Source of the DNA: Candidatus Adlerbacteria bacterium
GTDB lineage: Bacteria; Patescibacteriota; Minisyncoccia; Phycocordibacterales; SBAW01
Direction: 5' to 3'
Assembly (NCBI GenBank): GCA_037135035.1
Contig: JBAXLB010000003.1
Span: 3,548 to 67,547, forward strand
Length of the DNA: 64,000 bases
The notes under the pieces were generated by a model. That model was given only the letters and a program-made list of their open reading frames with translations. It did not search any database and was not told the origin of the DNA. The stretch's first letter is position 1. Every line of letters begins with the position of its first letter. The position numbers and the translations under genes were made by a program. This document shows positions 48,824 to 59,120 of the stretch, piece by piece.

Positions 48824-50452
48824 TTAGTGTGTGTCGACAACCACTGTTTGGCCATTTGAAAGGCCGCGAGCGTCTGTGACGATTACCGATTCCCCAGTAA
48901 GACCTGTTAATACTGTTACTTGGCTACCGAGTATGGTCCCAAGCGTAATAGGAATTTGCTGCAACGTAGAGGAGCTGACCGTAAATGCTATCGGGCCTTC
49001 GGGAGTAATTTTTGCCGCAATAATAGGAATAAGAATATCTGTTGATGCATTTTTTACTTTTGGTTTTTGTGCAGCAGTAGCGCGGGCAATAGAAACAGTG
49101 GTTGTTTCGCCGTCGGTCAGTGCACTTTGACTCCCGACAATACCCACCGTGACCAAAATCTTGCCTGTTGTTGGGTCGAGTGCTGGCGCAATAGAGACAA
49201 TTACTCCTTGTGTCCCTTCACCTATAATCGCAGCGCCTCCGACTGCAAGCGTTTTTGCGTCGTTTGGAGTCACATACGCTTTTACTTCAAGCGCGCTAGG
49301 GTTCGACACTTGTGCAACTTGAGTCGCCATGGACACAAACCCGCCCCGCGTGAGGGGGAGGCTCACAATAGTGCCTGAAATTGGCGAGCGGATAATTGTT
49401 TTTTCAAGTGTTGCACGCGCTGCATTTAATGCGCCCTGTGCTTGTGTCACATTTGCTTCTGCAATGCTGATACTGTTTGACGTTCCCGTCCCTGCAGTAT
49501 TTGTTGCCGCCGCCGCACTTGCAACTGCGTTGTCGTACGAGACCTTGGCTCCCGCAAGCGCAGCGACAGCGCTCGTGACAGATGTGCGCGCAACACCAAC
49601 CGATGCCTGAAACGCCGCAATTTGCGACGCAGAGACAGTCTGGCTTGGTATAGACTTGTTGACCGCATCAACCAAGTTGTTAAGGAAGGTCGAAATGAGA
49701 CGTGCGTGTGCATTCATGGCAGCAATGTCTGCGTCGGTGTCGGTGCGAGATGTTTTATTTGCGAGAGTGCTTGCATTTGCAAGTGTCAGGTCAAGCTGCC
49801 CGCGTTCGTTTTGCAAGGTAATAAGCAGCTGGCTGTCAGAGACGGTCAATATAAGTTTTGGGTTTGTATGTGGGTCAACAAACAACAGGTCTGCCTTGGT
49901 GTGCACTGCATCGTCGAGCACACTGTAGAGACCTTGCAGTGACGTGTCGGCAGCGTTTTGTGCATTAATTACATTTTGTTTTGCCTGCGCAGCACTGATG
50001 CCCGAGTTTGTCGCATTGGTGCCACTTGTGTTTGCAAATATTGCTTGCGCTGCGTCGTAGGCACCCTGCGCTTGGAGCACCGCCGCACGCTGGCTGCTGT
50101 TTTCGAGCTGGGCAATAATCGTGCCGGCGGATACGTAGTCACCTAGTTCGCGGTTAAGTACCACAACTTCGCCCGAGCTTTGTGCAAGAATAACTGCTTC
50201 GTTAAGCGAGGTAACGGTACCAGTAACCGGCAATGGCCCCGCTGTTTGGGATGAAAGGCTCGCAACCGAGGCAATGCGCACGTGAGAAACTTGGGGCGGC
50301 AGTGCGTCTGCAGCGCCCGAGCGGGTAAGCATGTGTACGCCAAGCACTAGCACAACAACAATAGCCGCTCCCCCACCCAGGGAATACTTCAGAGGAAGGT
50401 GGCGTACGTATGAGATAACCTTTTTTACTATAGACATATATAGAATATACAC
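48824..50452 (-). CDS. RND membrane-fusion (periplasmic adaptor) protein; start probably ~50437
   Basis: TM; G.V, IRSPISG lipoyl halves with long helical hairpin; GL..GE. Confidence 0.88.
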   Translation of the reverse strand: MYILYMSIVKKVISYVRHLPLKYSLGGGAAIVVVLVLGVHMLTRSGAADALPPQVSHVRIASVASLSSQTAGPLPVTGTVTSLNEAVILAQSSGEVVVLNRELGDYVSAGTIIAQLENSSQRAAVLQAQGAYDAAQAIFANTSGTNATNSGISAAQAKQNVINAQNAADTSLQGLYSVLDDAVHTKADLLFVDPHTNPKLILTVSDSQLLITLQNERGQLDLTLANASTLANKTSRTDTDADIAAMNAHARLISTFLNNLVDAVNKSIPSQTVSASQIAAFQASVGVARTSVTSAVAALAGAKVSYDNAVASAAAATNTAGTGTSNSISIAEANVTQAQGALNAARATLEKTIIRSPISGTIVSLPLTRGGFVSMATQVAQVSNPSALEVKAYVTPNDAKTLAVGGAAIIGEGTQGVIVSIAPALDPTTGKILVTVGIVGSQSALTDGETTTVSIARATAAQKPKVKNASTDILIPIIAAKITPEGPIAFTVSSSTLQQIPITLGTILGSQVTVLTGLTGESVIVTDARGLSNGQTVVVDTH

Positions 50453-50485
50453 TATTTGAGGTGAAATTGGAGGGATTGAGGATGT

Positions 50486-50574
50486 GAGGGAGGGATTCGG
50501 TCACAAGTATTTTTCTGCTGAAAAATCTCGCGACCCCGCCTCCCCACCCAAGGTGGGTCCGGCTTTCGAATCCC
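50486..50574 (-). repeat. tRNA-downstream structured element, copy B
   Basis: Starts with the inverse of the tRNA-Ser T-arm (50565-50574); ends with a 14-nt direct copy of the tRNA 3' region (50486-50499 = 50636-50649). Confidence 0.65.
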
Positions 50575-50631
50575 AACCACTATTCCGACATAAACAAAAA
50601 ACAGGTGCCGAAGCACCCATTTTTTGTTTTG

Positions 50632-50717
50632 CGGAGAGGGAGGGATTCGAACCCTCGAGAGGTTTACCCTCTACCTCCTTAGCAAGGAGGCACAATCGAC
50701 CACTCTGACACCTCTCC
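50632..50717 (-). tRNA. tRNA-Ser(GCT)
   Basis: CCTCC-TTGCTAA-GGAGG; long variable arm. Confidence 0.95.
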
Positions 50718-50826
50718 TTTATATATGCAGTGCCGAACAGAAATACCTTAGCATTTTTGGAGCAAAAACGGAAACAGGAATAAAAAAGAAAAACTGCCCC
50801 ATTGCTGGAGCAGTGCCGTATATTGG

Positions 50827-52161
50827 TTACGTAACGAATGCCGCATAGATAGCGCGGACCGCCGTCTCATAGTCGCCCACGTTGACACCGATGATGATGT
50901 TCAATTCGTTGGAGTCTTGGTCTATCATCCGCACACTAACGCCTACGGACGCCAGAGCCTGCAAAGGAAGCAGAGCGACTCCGGGAGTGTGCGACATACC
51001 TCTGCCGACTATGCAAATAAGTGCCATGTCAGTGTGGAGAAGAACTTCGACAGGCGCACAGTCCCATTCGATGTCCGATATCACTGCCGAAAGCTTGCCG
51101 TTAAGCTGCTCCTTTGAGGCAATGATGTTTAACGTACGAATACCACCCGGCATGTGTTCTATGTTGACATCATGGCGAACGAACGCGCCAGACACACGAT
51201 GGATGAAACCGACTTCGGAGTTCATCGAGGGTTTTTTGACTCCGATGACCGCAAACGGTTGGCGACCCGCAATACCAACGATGGAACCTGGCACTCTCTC
51301 GGGAGCCAAATGGTCGGGGACAATATGCGTCCCTTCGTCATCAGGCTGGTTTGTGTTGAGCAGCCGAATGGGAATATCCACCTCTTCCACCGGAAAGGTT
51401 GTTTCCGGATGCAAGACGTTTGCGCCCCCGTATGCCATTTCACCAGCCTCTGCATAGGTGAGGAAGCGAATGGGTTTGGCATGCGGAACGATACGCGGGT
51501 CGGTCATCAACATACCCGACACATCGCTCCACAATTGACACTCCGCAGCTCCGACAACCCTCGCGACTACGGTACCCGAAAGGTCTGACCCGCCCCGGGT
51601 AAATGTTTTAACGGTACCGTTAGGCATTACTCCGTAAAACCCTGGGATGACGCAGCCGTCCTTGTAGTTCAACAAAAGTTCACGACTTTGCAGCGTTGCA
51701 TTCATGTCGAGCATTCCGTCTTTGTTCAGCTTGACGACATCTTTTGCGTCTACGAATGGAACATGTCGCGCTTTTGCAAGAATGCGGCCGTTCCAGTATT
51801 CGCCCAATGCCACAATTGAGTCCATGTCGTGGAAGGTATCGGACGCGGTATGCAGGATGTCGAACTCGCCTTCCTCGAACACCTCGAGTCCAAGCCCTTG
51901 CGCGATACCGAGGAACCGGTCCCGAATCATCCCGACAATGACTGTCTTCGGAGTGTTTTTTGCCCGGTCGTACTTGCCGTAGAGTGCGAGCAGCAGGTCG
52001 GTGACTTTATGGTCGCCTTCCATGCCTTTGCGCTTGCCGGGTGCCGACGCCACGATGTACATGCGTCGTGGATCGACTTCCAAAATACGCAACACTTTCT
52101 CGAATTGGCCTACGTCAGCAAGGGAACTCCCGCCGAACTTTTTTACTATGATGTCGCTCAC
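50827..52161 (-). CDS. lysC: Aspartate kinase with two ACT domains
   Basis: KFGGSS, SAPGK, VTD.L, GFYG, RGGSD, DPR, VLHP; GGAGGAG SD before GTG at 52161. Confidence 0.85.
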   Translation of the reverse strand: MSDIIVKKFGGSSLADVGQFEKVLRILEVDPRRMYIVASAPGKRKGMEGDHKVTDLLLALYGKYDRAKNTPKTVIVGMIRDRFLGIAQGLGLEVFEEGEFDILHTASDTFHDMDSIVALGEYWNGRILAKARHVPFVDAKDVVKLNKDGMLDMNATLQSRELLLNYKDGCVIPGFYGVMPNGTVKTFTRGGSDLSGTVVARVVGAAECQLWSDVSGMLMTDPRIVPHAKPIRFLTYAEAGEMAYGGANVLHPETTFPVEEVDIPIRLLNTNQPDDEGTHIVPDHLAPERVPGSIVGIAGRQPFAVIGVKKPSMNSEVGFIHRVSGAFVRHDVNIEHMPGGIRTLNIIASKEQLNGKLSAVISDIEWDCAPVEVLLHTDMALICIVGRGMSHTPGVALLPLQALASVGVSVRMIDQDSNELNIIIGVNVGDYETAVRAIYAAFVT

Positions 52162-52260
52162 GGCTTTCTCCTCCAAAAAGAGCGTTGAACTAGTTTGAAA
52201 CTACCAAACTCCCCACATTGTGCAAGAAAAAGAAAAACCGCTCTTTCGAGCGGATAATCT

Positions 52261-53421
52261 TTACTTTATTGCCTTTGCAACTGCTTGTACGACACCTTTG
52301 TCGAACGGTCCCGGGACGATTTTGTCGGCCGTTGGTTTTTTAACCAAGGCAGCCAAGTTTTTGGCAGCTTTCAACTTCATGTCGTCGGTTATTTTTGTCA
52401 CGCGATTGTCGAGTGCGCCGCGGAATACGCCTGGGAACACAAGTGAATTATTTATCTGGTTTGGGTAGTCGCTGCGGCCGGTACCAATTACTGCCGCCCC
52501 TCCCTTCTTTGCATCTTCGGGCATAATTTCGGGCGTCGGGTTTGCCATTGCAAATACAATCGCTTTTTTTGCCATCAACTGCACATCTTTTACAGTCATT
52601 AAACCGGGACCCGACACACCAAGCACAACGTCGGCATCTTTGAGAGCGTCTTGTAGTGTGCCGTTTATATTCCGCGGGTTTGTCATTGCAGCAAGTTCTT
52701 TTTTGTGGCCAGAAAGGTCAGAGCGGTCTTTGGAAAGTGTTCCTTTGCGGTCGAGCATAATAACGTCTGTAACGCCTGCCTTCAAAAGCAATTTGGTAAC
52801 TGCAGTACCTGCAGCGCCCGCCCCTGCAACAACGACGCGGAGAGAATTAAATTTTTTGCCAACAACTTTTGATGCATTTATAAGCGCAGCAAGTACAGCA
52901 ATTGCGGTGCCGTGCTGGTCGTCGTGCATCACGGGGATGTCGAGCGCAGCTTTTACGCGGTCTTCAATTTCAAAACAATTTGGCGCGGCAAAATCTTCCA
53001 AGTTAATGCCGCCGAATGCGGGTGCAATATTAATTATTGTTTTTACAATTTCGTCGACATTTTGTGTGTCCAAGACAATCGGAAATGCATCGACATTTGC
53101 AAAGGCTTTAAACAACGCGGCCTTTCCTTCCATCACGGGCAGTGCACCCAAGGCACCGATGTTGCCAAGCCCTAACACTGCCGAGCCGTCAGAGATAACC
53201 GCGATCATCTTTCCTTTAATAGTATAGTCGCGGGCAAGTTTTGGGTTTTTTGCAACAAGCATAGAAACCGCCGCAACCCCTGGTGTGTATACAAGCGACA
53301 TGTCGGCCCGGCTTTTAATAGCTACAGCTGGAGCAATGCGAATTTTCCCGCCCAGTTTTTTGTGTAATGCAATGGCACGTGCTGCAGTGTCGTTTTTCTT
53401 CATATCTCGCGAGTATATCAC
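52261..53421 (-). CDS. NAD(P)-dependent malic enzyme (start probably 53403)
   Basis: YTPGVA, DGSAVLGLG.IG, PVMEGK, INLED, HDDQHGTA, GAGAAG, ANP.PEI. Confidence 0.95.
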   Translation of the reverse strand: MIYSRDMKKNDTAARAIALHKKLGGKIRIAPAVAIKSRADMSLVYTPGVAAVSMLVAKNPKLARDYTIKGKMIAVISDGSAVLGLGNIGALGALPVMEGKAALFKAFANVDAFPIVLDTQNVDEIVKTIINIAPAFGGINLEDFAAPNCFEIEDRVKAALDIPVMHDDQHGTAIAVLAALINASKVVGKKFNSLRVVVAGAGAAGTAVTKLLLKAGVTDVIMLDRKGTLSKDRSDLSGHKKELAAMTNPRNINGTLQDALKDADVVLGVSGPGLMTVKDVQLMAKKAIVFAMANPTPEIMPEDAKKGGAAVIGTGRSDYPNQINNSLVFPGVFRGALDNRVTKITDDMKLKAAKNLAALVKKPTADKIVPGPFDKGVVQAVAKAIK

Positions 53422-53441
53422 AGGGCTTATATACTAGATGT

Positions 53442-55784
53442 ATGGATCTACGCGAACCCATTTCCGAGCACTTCCGGCTAACAAACATTCAAAAAACTGC
53501 CCTGGGGAAACTAGGTATAAAAACACTACGCGACCTGCTGTACCATTTCCCCTTTCGTTACGAACAGGCCGGGAGCGAAACAAGTACGGGCGAGCTGCAA
53601 GTAGGCCAGGAAGTTACGGTTGTAGGAGTTTTGGAAAAACTCACAACAAAAAAGTCGTGGAAAAGTAGAGTCCCGATGTCAGACGGATATCTGCGCGACC
53701 AAGGCGGCCGCGTAAAATTGATGTGGTTTAACCAGCCCTATATTGCAAAAATGTATGCCGATGGCACGCGCGTAAAAGCAACGGGTAAAGTCACGGGCTC
53801 GCCCGGCAAACTGTATTTAGCAAACCCCCAGCTTGAGAAAATTTCCGCGACGGAAGAGACACTGTTCGTTTCGCAGAAACCAAGCTCGCCTCAACGCGGA
53901 AAATCTCCTGCTGAAGATTTTCCTATGTCCGGCGCCGTCGCACCTACCAACGTTTCGGACGAACTTGTTTCTACTTCACTCGATGCCGCCACGACGCAGG
54001 CGAAGTCGGTTGCGGAGCCGAAGATCGACGCAGAGACTTCGCCGCAGTCGTCTTTCACTAACCTCTTTGCCCAGTACCCAGAAAGCCGCGGGGTGACATC
54101 ACTATGGTTCCGCCACGCGATACAAAAAATACTTGCCACAGGAATTGTCGAACAAGTAGAAGACCCACTACCGCCAGACATGCTCAAACGCTACAACTTA
54201 CCGACGCTAGGCAGTGCTCTTGTGTGGATGCACATACCGGAAAAATTAAAAGATGCCGACGCGGCACGCAAACGTTTTGCATTTGAGGAAGTGTTTATGA
54301 TCCAGCTCGAGCGCGGTATTGAACGTAAAAAACAATCACACGAAAAAAGTTTTGCGGTCGACGCACCAAAAAAAGCTGTTGATGACTTTATCGGTACCTT
54401 CCCCTTTACCGCAACAGGTGCACAGCACAAAGCAATTGAAGCAATTTTACACGACATGCGCAGCGGCCACCCTATGTCGCGCCTGCTTGAAGGCGACGTA
54501 GGTTCGGGCAAAACGGCAGTTGCGGCAACGGCCGCCTACGCCGCGGTTCGTACGCGGCCCGAAAACCAGAAGTTCGGCACGCTGCAGGTTGCCTACATGG
54601 CCCCGACCGAAATTTTAGCAAAGCAGCATTTTGAGTCGTTTATAAAATATTTTGAAACGTTCCCTATTAACATCGGGCTTATTACCGGCTCGGGTTGTTT
54701 TAAATTCCCGTCAAAAATTGGGCGCGGTAAGTCGACCGCGATTTCCCGCACGCAACTACTTAAATGGGTAGCTGCGGGCGAGATCCCTGTTGTTATTGGC
54801 ACACATGCACTTATTCAAAAGTCGGTACAGTTTAAACACCTGGCACTTGTCGTGATAGACGAACAACATCGCTTTGGTACCGCCCAAAGACAAAAGCTTG
54901 CGACTAAAGAAAAGCGGCCCTCGGCCGTAGCCGGACGGGCGAGGCTCCCCCACCTGTTGTCGATGACAGCCACCCCAATCCCGCGTACCTTGGCACTTAC
55001 TATATATGGAGACCTGGATTTGACACTGCTGGACGAAATGCCCGCGGGACGTAAAAAAATTATTACAGAAATTGTAAAACCCGCCGGGCGTGCGCAAGCA
55101 TACGCAAAAATCCACGAACAGCTAGCCGAAGGGCGGCAGGCATATGTTATCTGCCCCCGCATTGACGAGCCGGACCCTGACAAAGCATTTGCATTGATGG
55201 CAAAGTCTGTCACTGCAGAGGCGAAACGTTTAAAGAAAGACGTCTTTCAAAATTATGAAATTGCTATTTTGCACAGCAAAATGACGCCGAAGGAAAAAGA
55301 CGAAACGATGCAAAAGTTTGCGGCGCACGAGATAGATATTTTGGTTGCAACGTCAGTTGTTGAAGTGGGCGTCAACGTCCCCAACGCCACGATGATTTTT
55401 ATCGAAGGCGCCGAGCGCTTTGGCTTGGCACAGCTCCACCAGTTGCGCGGGCGCGTTGTGCGCAGCAACTACCAAGCCTATTGTTTTGTCTGCCCTGAAA
55501 GCCGTGGCGAACATACGCTTGCGCGGCTCAAGGCATTGGCCACTGCAAAAAATGGTTTTGAACTTGCCGAACAAGACTTGTTGCAGCGGGGGCCCGGTGA
55601 ACTTTCAGGCCGCAAACAGTGGGGCATCTCTGACATCGGCATGGAAGCACTAAAGAATTTAAAACTTGTGGAAGCCGCCCGCACCGAGGCACTAGCGGTT
55701 GTAGAGAAAGATGAACATCTACAAAAATACCCTCTGTTGCAGCATGCACTTTTTGCACGGGCGCAGACCCTACACTTTGAGTAG
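53442..55784 (+). CDS. recG: ATP-dependent DNA helicase RecG, with internal insertions
   Basis: WFNQPY, RLL.GDVGSGKT, MAPTEILA.QH, DEQHRFG, MTATPIPRTL, RFGLAQLHQLRGRV, RGPG. Confidence 0.97.
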   Translation: MDLREPISEHFRLTNIQKTALGKLGIKTLRDLLYHFPFRYEQAGSETSTGELQVGQEVTVVGVLEKLTTKKSWKSRVPMSDGYLRDQGGRVKLMWFNQPYIAKMYADGTRVKATGKVTGSPGKLYLANPQLEKISATEETLFVSQKPSSPQRGKSPAEDFPMSGAVAPTNVSDELVSTSLDAATTQAKSVAEPKIDAETSPQSSFTNLFAQYPESRGVTSLWFRHAIQKILATGIVEQVEDPLPPDMLKRYNLPTLGSALVWMHIPEKLKDADAARKRFAFEEVFMIQLERGIERKKQSHEKSFAVDAPKKAVDDFIGTFPFTATGAQHKAIEAILHDMRSGHPMSRLLEGDVGSGKTAVAATAAYAAVRTRPENQKFGTLQVAYMAPTEILAKQHFESFIKYFETFPINIGLITGSGCFKFPSKIGRGKSTAISRTQLLKWVAAGEIPVVIGTHALIQKSVQFKHLALVVIDEQHRFGTAQRQKLATKEKRPSAVAGRARLPHLLSMTATPIPRTLALTIYGDLDLTLLDEMPAGRKKIITEIVKPAGRAQAYAKIHEQLAEGRQAYVICPRIDEPDPDKAFALMAKSVTAEAKRLKKDVFQNYEIAILHSKMTPKEKDETMQKFAAHEIDILVATSVVEVGVNVPNATMIFIEGAERFGLAQLHQLRGRVVRSNYQAYCFVCPESRGEHTLARLKALATAKNGFELAEQDLLQRGPGELSGRKQWGISDIGMEALKNLKLVEAARTEALAVVEKDEHLQKYPLLQHALFARAQTLHFE
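54918..54945. repeat. Hairpin-family element inserted in-frame in recG
   Basis: CCCTCGGCCGTAG-CCGG-ACGGGCGAGGC; first 13 and last 11 nt match the reverse complement of the hairpin at 15584-15615. Confidence 0.8.
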
Positions 55785-55827
55785 CAAACAAGGTATATTT
55801 GGCAGCGAGTGAAGGATAGAAACGCAT

Positions 55828-55901
55828 GTGCCTGTAGCTCAGTTGGTTAGAGCTCCGAGCTTATACCTCGGCGGTCCCTGGTTCGAGTCCAGGCAGGCAC
55901 A
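55828..55901 (+). tRNA. tRNA-Ile(TAT)
   Basis: Acceptor GTGCCTG/CAGGCAC; CCGAG-CTTATAC-CTCGG anticodon arm. Confidence 0.9.
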
Positions 55902-55948
55902 CAAAAGTTACAAAGACCTGCCCTGCGGCAGGTTTTGTACTTTTGTGT

Positions 55949-56034
55949 GAGCCGGAGCGATGTTTTGCACTTGCAAAACCGCGAGGCAGGGTCGTGCGGC
56001 AATGTGCGCGACGGCGCATATTGAACGCCTGACC
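55949..56034 (+). repeat. tRNA-downstream structured element, copy C
   Basis: GAGCCGGA-[hairpin]-GAGGCAGGGTCG-[hairpin with GCGACGGC]-TGACC. Confidence 0.65.
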
Positions 56035-56111
56035 ACAAAAGACATCTCATAAAAATAATTCCGTGCTATTGTGCGGAGCGGATAACAACGGCACATAGAA
56101 GGAGAACCGCC

Positions 56112-57074
56112 GTGATTGCTCTTCCAAAGTTTAATAACACCTTCAAGGGTGTTTGCTTCCCCTACCCCGCGTGGGTGGCGGGCGGAATCTTCAAGACGAG
56201 CAAGCAGATGATCTGGGCGCTCAAGCACCATATCATCGGCGAATGGGGCTCGATCGAAACCGAAGCCTCAAACGGTAACGGTGGGCGTGACTATTTTGCC
56301 CACTATGTCGAAGTCGGTGGTGTTCGGGTGCTTATGTACACGCAGAACTCGCGCGGCATCCCCAACCCGGGCATGACTTACATCGAGGAACGTTTCGCGA
56401 TGGTCTATCACGAGTACGAAGACGCGAACTTTCCTCTCATCCTCAATGTCTCGGGCAAGAACGTGGCCGACACGCTCGAGCTGATGTGGCGGGCAGCACA
56501 ATGCGGCTTCAAGGTCGTAGTGGTAAGCGGTGCGTGCCCCAATAAGGGCAACCAGCCCATTCTCTGCTACGACCAGGAAGCGGTCAGTGAACTGTTCGAG
56601 CGTGCCGAAAAAGAAATCGGGCCTTCGAATGTCATTTTCCTCTGGAAGGTATCGACCGGTATGCCGCGGCCGATTCTTGCCCACAATCGTATGTGTGTTG
56701 GGCGTTCGAAAGTCTTCGACGGCATCGTAACGGGAAACGCTGTTCCGAACACCTTCGACTATCTTCCCGACGGCACGACAACCATCATGACGGACAAGCA
56801 CGGCTTGATCCGTGGCGCTATGGCCGGACCCGCGATCCTACCGATGGCGCTCGACCACACACAGTTTTGTTCTTGTGGCATACCTTCAAAGAAGATCGTT
56901 GTTGGATGCGGCGGCATCTCGGGTGGTGAATCCGGGATGAAGCACATGCGGGCGGGGGCGAGCTTCGTCCAAACCCACAGCGCTTTTCGCGAGTCGGGCG
57001 AAGACCCTGACTTCATGCGCGAGCTCAACCGGAAGTTGTTCAAGCGTCTCGAACAGGTTCCTGCCGCAGCTTGA
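56112..57074 (+). CDS. Divergent dihydroorotate dehydrogenase-like FMN oxidoreductase
   Basis: N..G.PN.G, NVSG, ACPN, K, G..AGPAI.P.AL, GCGGI, AGAS.VQ. Confidence 0.75.
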   Translation: MIALPKFNNTFKGVCFPYPAWVAGGIFKTSKQMIWALKHHIIGEWGSIETEASNGNGGRDYFAHYVEVGGVRVLMYTQNSRGIPNPGMTYIEERFAMVYHEYEDANFPLILNVSGKNVADTLELMWRAAQCGFKVVVVSGACPNKGNQPILCYDQEAVSELFERAEKEIGPSNVIFLWKVSTGMPRPILAHNRMCVGRSKVFDGIVTGNAVPNTFDYLPDGTTTIMTDKHGLIRGAMAGPAILPMALDHTQFCSCGIPSKKIVVGCGGISGGESGMKHMRAGASFVQTHSAFRESGEDPDFMRELNRKLFKRLEQVPAAA

Positions 57075-57126
57075 AACGCAAACGCCGCCCCTTGTGTGGG
57101 ACGGCGTTTTCTTTTTTTATACTCAG

Positions 57127-59064
57127 CTAAAAATTAACCTTAACAGGTTCGATGGTTATTTCTTGTTTCTTTTTTGGGGAAATGCCGTGCGCGACCAAAA
57201 TGCCTTCAAACTCTTCGCGCTCAAGTGTTTCGACTTCTACAAGACGGGCAGCAATAGCGTTGAGCACTTTCCTATGTTCGGTAATGATGTTTAGAGCTTT
57301 TGCGTACGCTTCGTCCATAATGCGCTTTACTTCCGCATCGATATCACCGGAAACTTTTTCAGAATATTCTTTACCGGACACTCCCGAGCCAAACAATGCA
57401 CGGCCGTCGCTTGCCTCAAGCGCAATGGTACCTATTTTCTCTGACATGCCGTAACGCGTGACCATATCGCGGGCAAGTGCGCTCGACACCTGGAGGTCGT
57501 TCGACGGCCCAGTTGTGACGTCGCCAAAGACTTCTTTTTCAGCAATGTAACCACCGAGTGACATTGCGATGTCATCGAGGAATTCTTTTTTGCTCTGCAT
57601 GCGTTTGTCTTCAAACGGAAGCTTCAATGTGTAGCCCGCGGCACGACCGCGCGAGATGATGGAGATTTTATGCACCGGGTCAGCATGAGGCAGGAGGCTT
57701 GCAACAAGCGCATGCCCTGCTTCGTGGTAGGCGGTAATTTCTTTTTCCTTGGCGTTCATCACATGCGACTTGCGCTCGGGGCCCAGCATTACTTTTTCGA
57801 TAGAACGGATAAGGTCAAACTGCGCAACTGTTTTGCGTGCTTCGCGTGCAGCCAAAATTGCGCCTTCGTTCATAAGGTTTGCCAAGTCGGCACCCGAAAA
57901 CCCAGGAGTGCGTTCTGCAATGACCGAAAGATTCACATCTTCGGCAAGAGGTTTTTTGCGGGCATGGATATGCAAAATTTCGTTGCGGTCTTGGCGGTCA
58001 GGCAGCTCTATAACCACACGGCGGTCAAAACGGCCCGGGCGCACGAGAGCAGGGTCCAAAACATCGGGGCGGTTGGTTGCGGCCATCACGATAACTTTTT
58101 CGTTTGGTTCGAAGCCGTCCATCTCAACCAAAATTTGGTTCAATGTCTGTTCACGTTCGTCGTTGCCACCGCCCACACCTGTGCCGCGGACACGACCAAC
58201 TGCGTCAATTTCGTCGACAAAGATAATCGCCGGCGCCGAATGCTTTGCCATATGGAAGAGGTCGCGCACACGTGACGCACCCACACCAACAAACATTTCA
58301 ACAAATTCTGAACCTGAAATTGAATAAAACGGCACGCCCGCCTCCCCCGCAACTGCGCGGGCAAGCAGTGTCTTGCCGGTGCCGGCAGAGCCCATCAACA
58401 AAATACCTTTGGGGATACGCGCACCGATGTCCAAGAATTTTTTGGGATTTTTGAGAAAGTCGACAATTTCAAGCAGTTCTATCTTTGCTTCTTTAGCACC
58501 GGCAACATCTTTAAAGGTAACTTTTTGCGACTTGTCGTTCGGGTCGATAACACGGTGCTTGGACTGCCCAAACGAAAAGGCCTGCATCCCCGCACCTTTA
58601 ACCTGACGTGAGAGATACCAGACAAAAAATGCAATCAGCAAGAGTGGTGCCAAAAAAGGCGCAAGAGTTGTGAGCCAAAAACTCCATCCACTTTCGCGTT
58701 TGATATTGATAGAAATTTTGTCGAGCGACGCGGCTGGCACACCGTAGTTAAAGAGTGTTTGTGACAGAGCAGTGTTAGTTTCCTTTTTGGAAATTTTTTC
58801 TGTCTCGTCCGCGTAGGTAATAGTGAGGTTGTCGCCGTCAACGGTAATTGCGGTTACGGTGCCATTTTGTACATCGCCGGCAAGTTCGGAAATCGCGATG
58901 TCTGCAGGGGCGTCTGTTTTGTCTGTTGCAAAGTAGGTGTAGGCGCTCGCAAGTAAAAAGAGTAGTAGCAGGCTTGTCGCTGCATTGACCCAGAACGAGT
59001 CACTCCGCGGCATCTTGGGGACTTTTAACCCGCCTTTTTTGTTTTTATTCTTTTGTTCAGGCAT
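57127..59064 (-). CDS. ftsH: ATP-dependent zinc metalloprotease FtsH
   Basis: Two TMs, [20 protein letters not shown]. Confidence 0.98.
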   Translation of the reverse strand: MPEQKNKNKKGGLKVPKMPRSDSFWVNAATSLLLLFLLASAYTYFATDKTDAPADIAISELAGDVQNGTVTAITVDGDNLTITYADETEKISKKETNTALSQTLFNYGVPAASLDKISINIKRESGWSFWLTTLAPFLAPLLLIAFFVWYLSRQVKGAGMQAFSFGQSKHRVIDPNDKSQKVTFKDVAGAKEAKIELLEIVDFLKNPKKFLDIGARIPKGILLMGSAGTGKTLLARAVAGEAGVPFYSISGSEFVEMFVGVGASRVRDLFHMAKHSAPAIIFVDEIDAVGRVRGTGVGGGNDEREQTLNQILVEMDGFEPNEKVIVMAATNRPDVLDPALVRPGRFDRRVVIELPDRQDRNEILHIHARKKPLAEDVNLSVIAERTPGFSGADLANLMNEGAILAAREARKTVAQFDLIRSIEKVMLGPERKSHVMNAKEKEITAYHEAGHALVASLLPHADPVHKISIISRGRAAGYTLKLPFEDKRMQSKKEFLDDIAMSLGGYIAEKEVFGDVTTGPSNDLQVSSALARDMVTRYGMSEKIGTIALEASDGRALFGSGVSGKEYSEKVSGDIDAEVKRIMDEAYAKALNIITEHRKVLNAIAARLVEVETLEREEFEGILVAHGISPKKKQEITIEPVKVNF

Positions 59065-59120
59065 GAATACTACATTGTACCATTTCGATGTTTTTTGGCA
59101 AAAAATGGTATATTCATTTT

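Noticed and set aside
53866-54055. Intein in RecG
   Set aside because: Too short and lacks intein terminal residues; better explained by palindromic DNA inserts.
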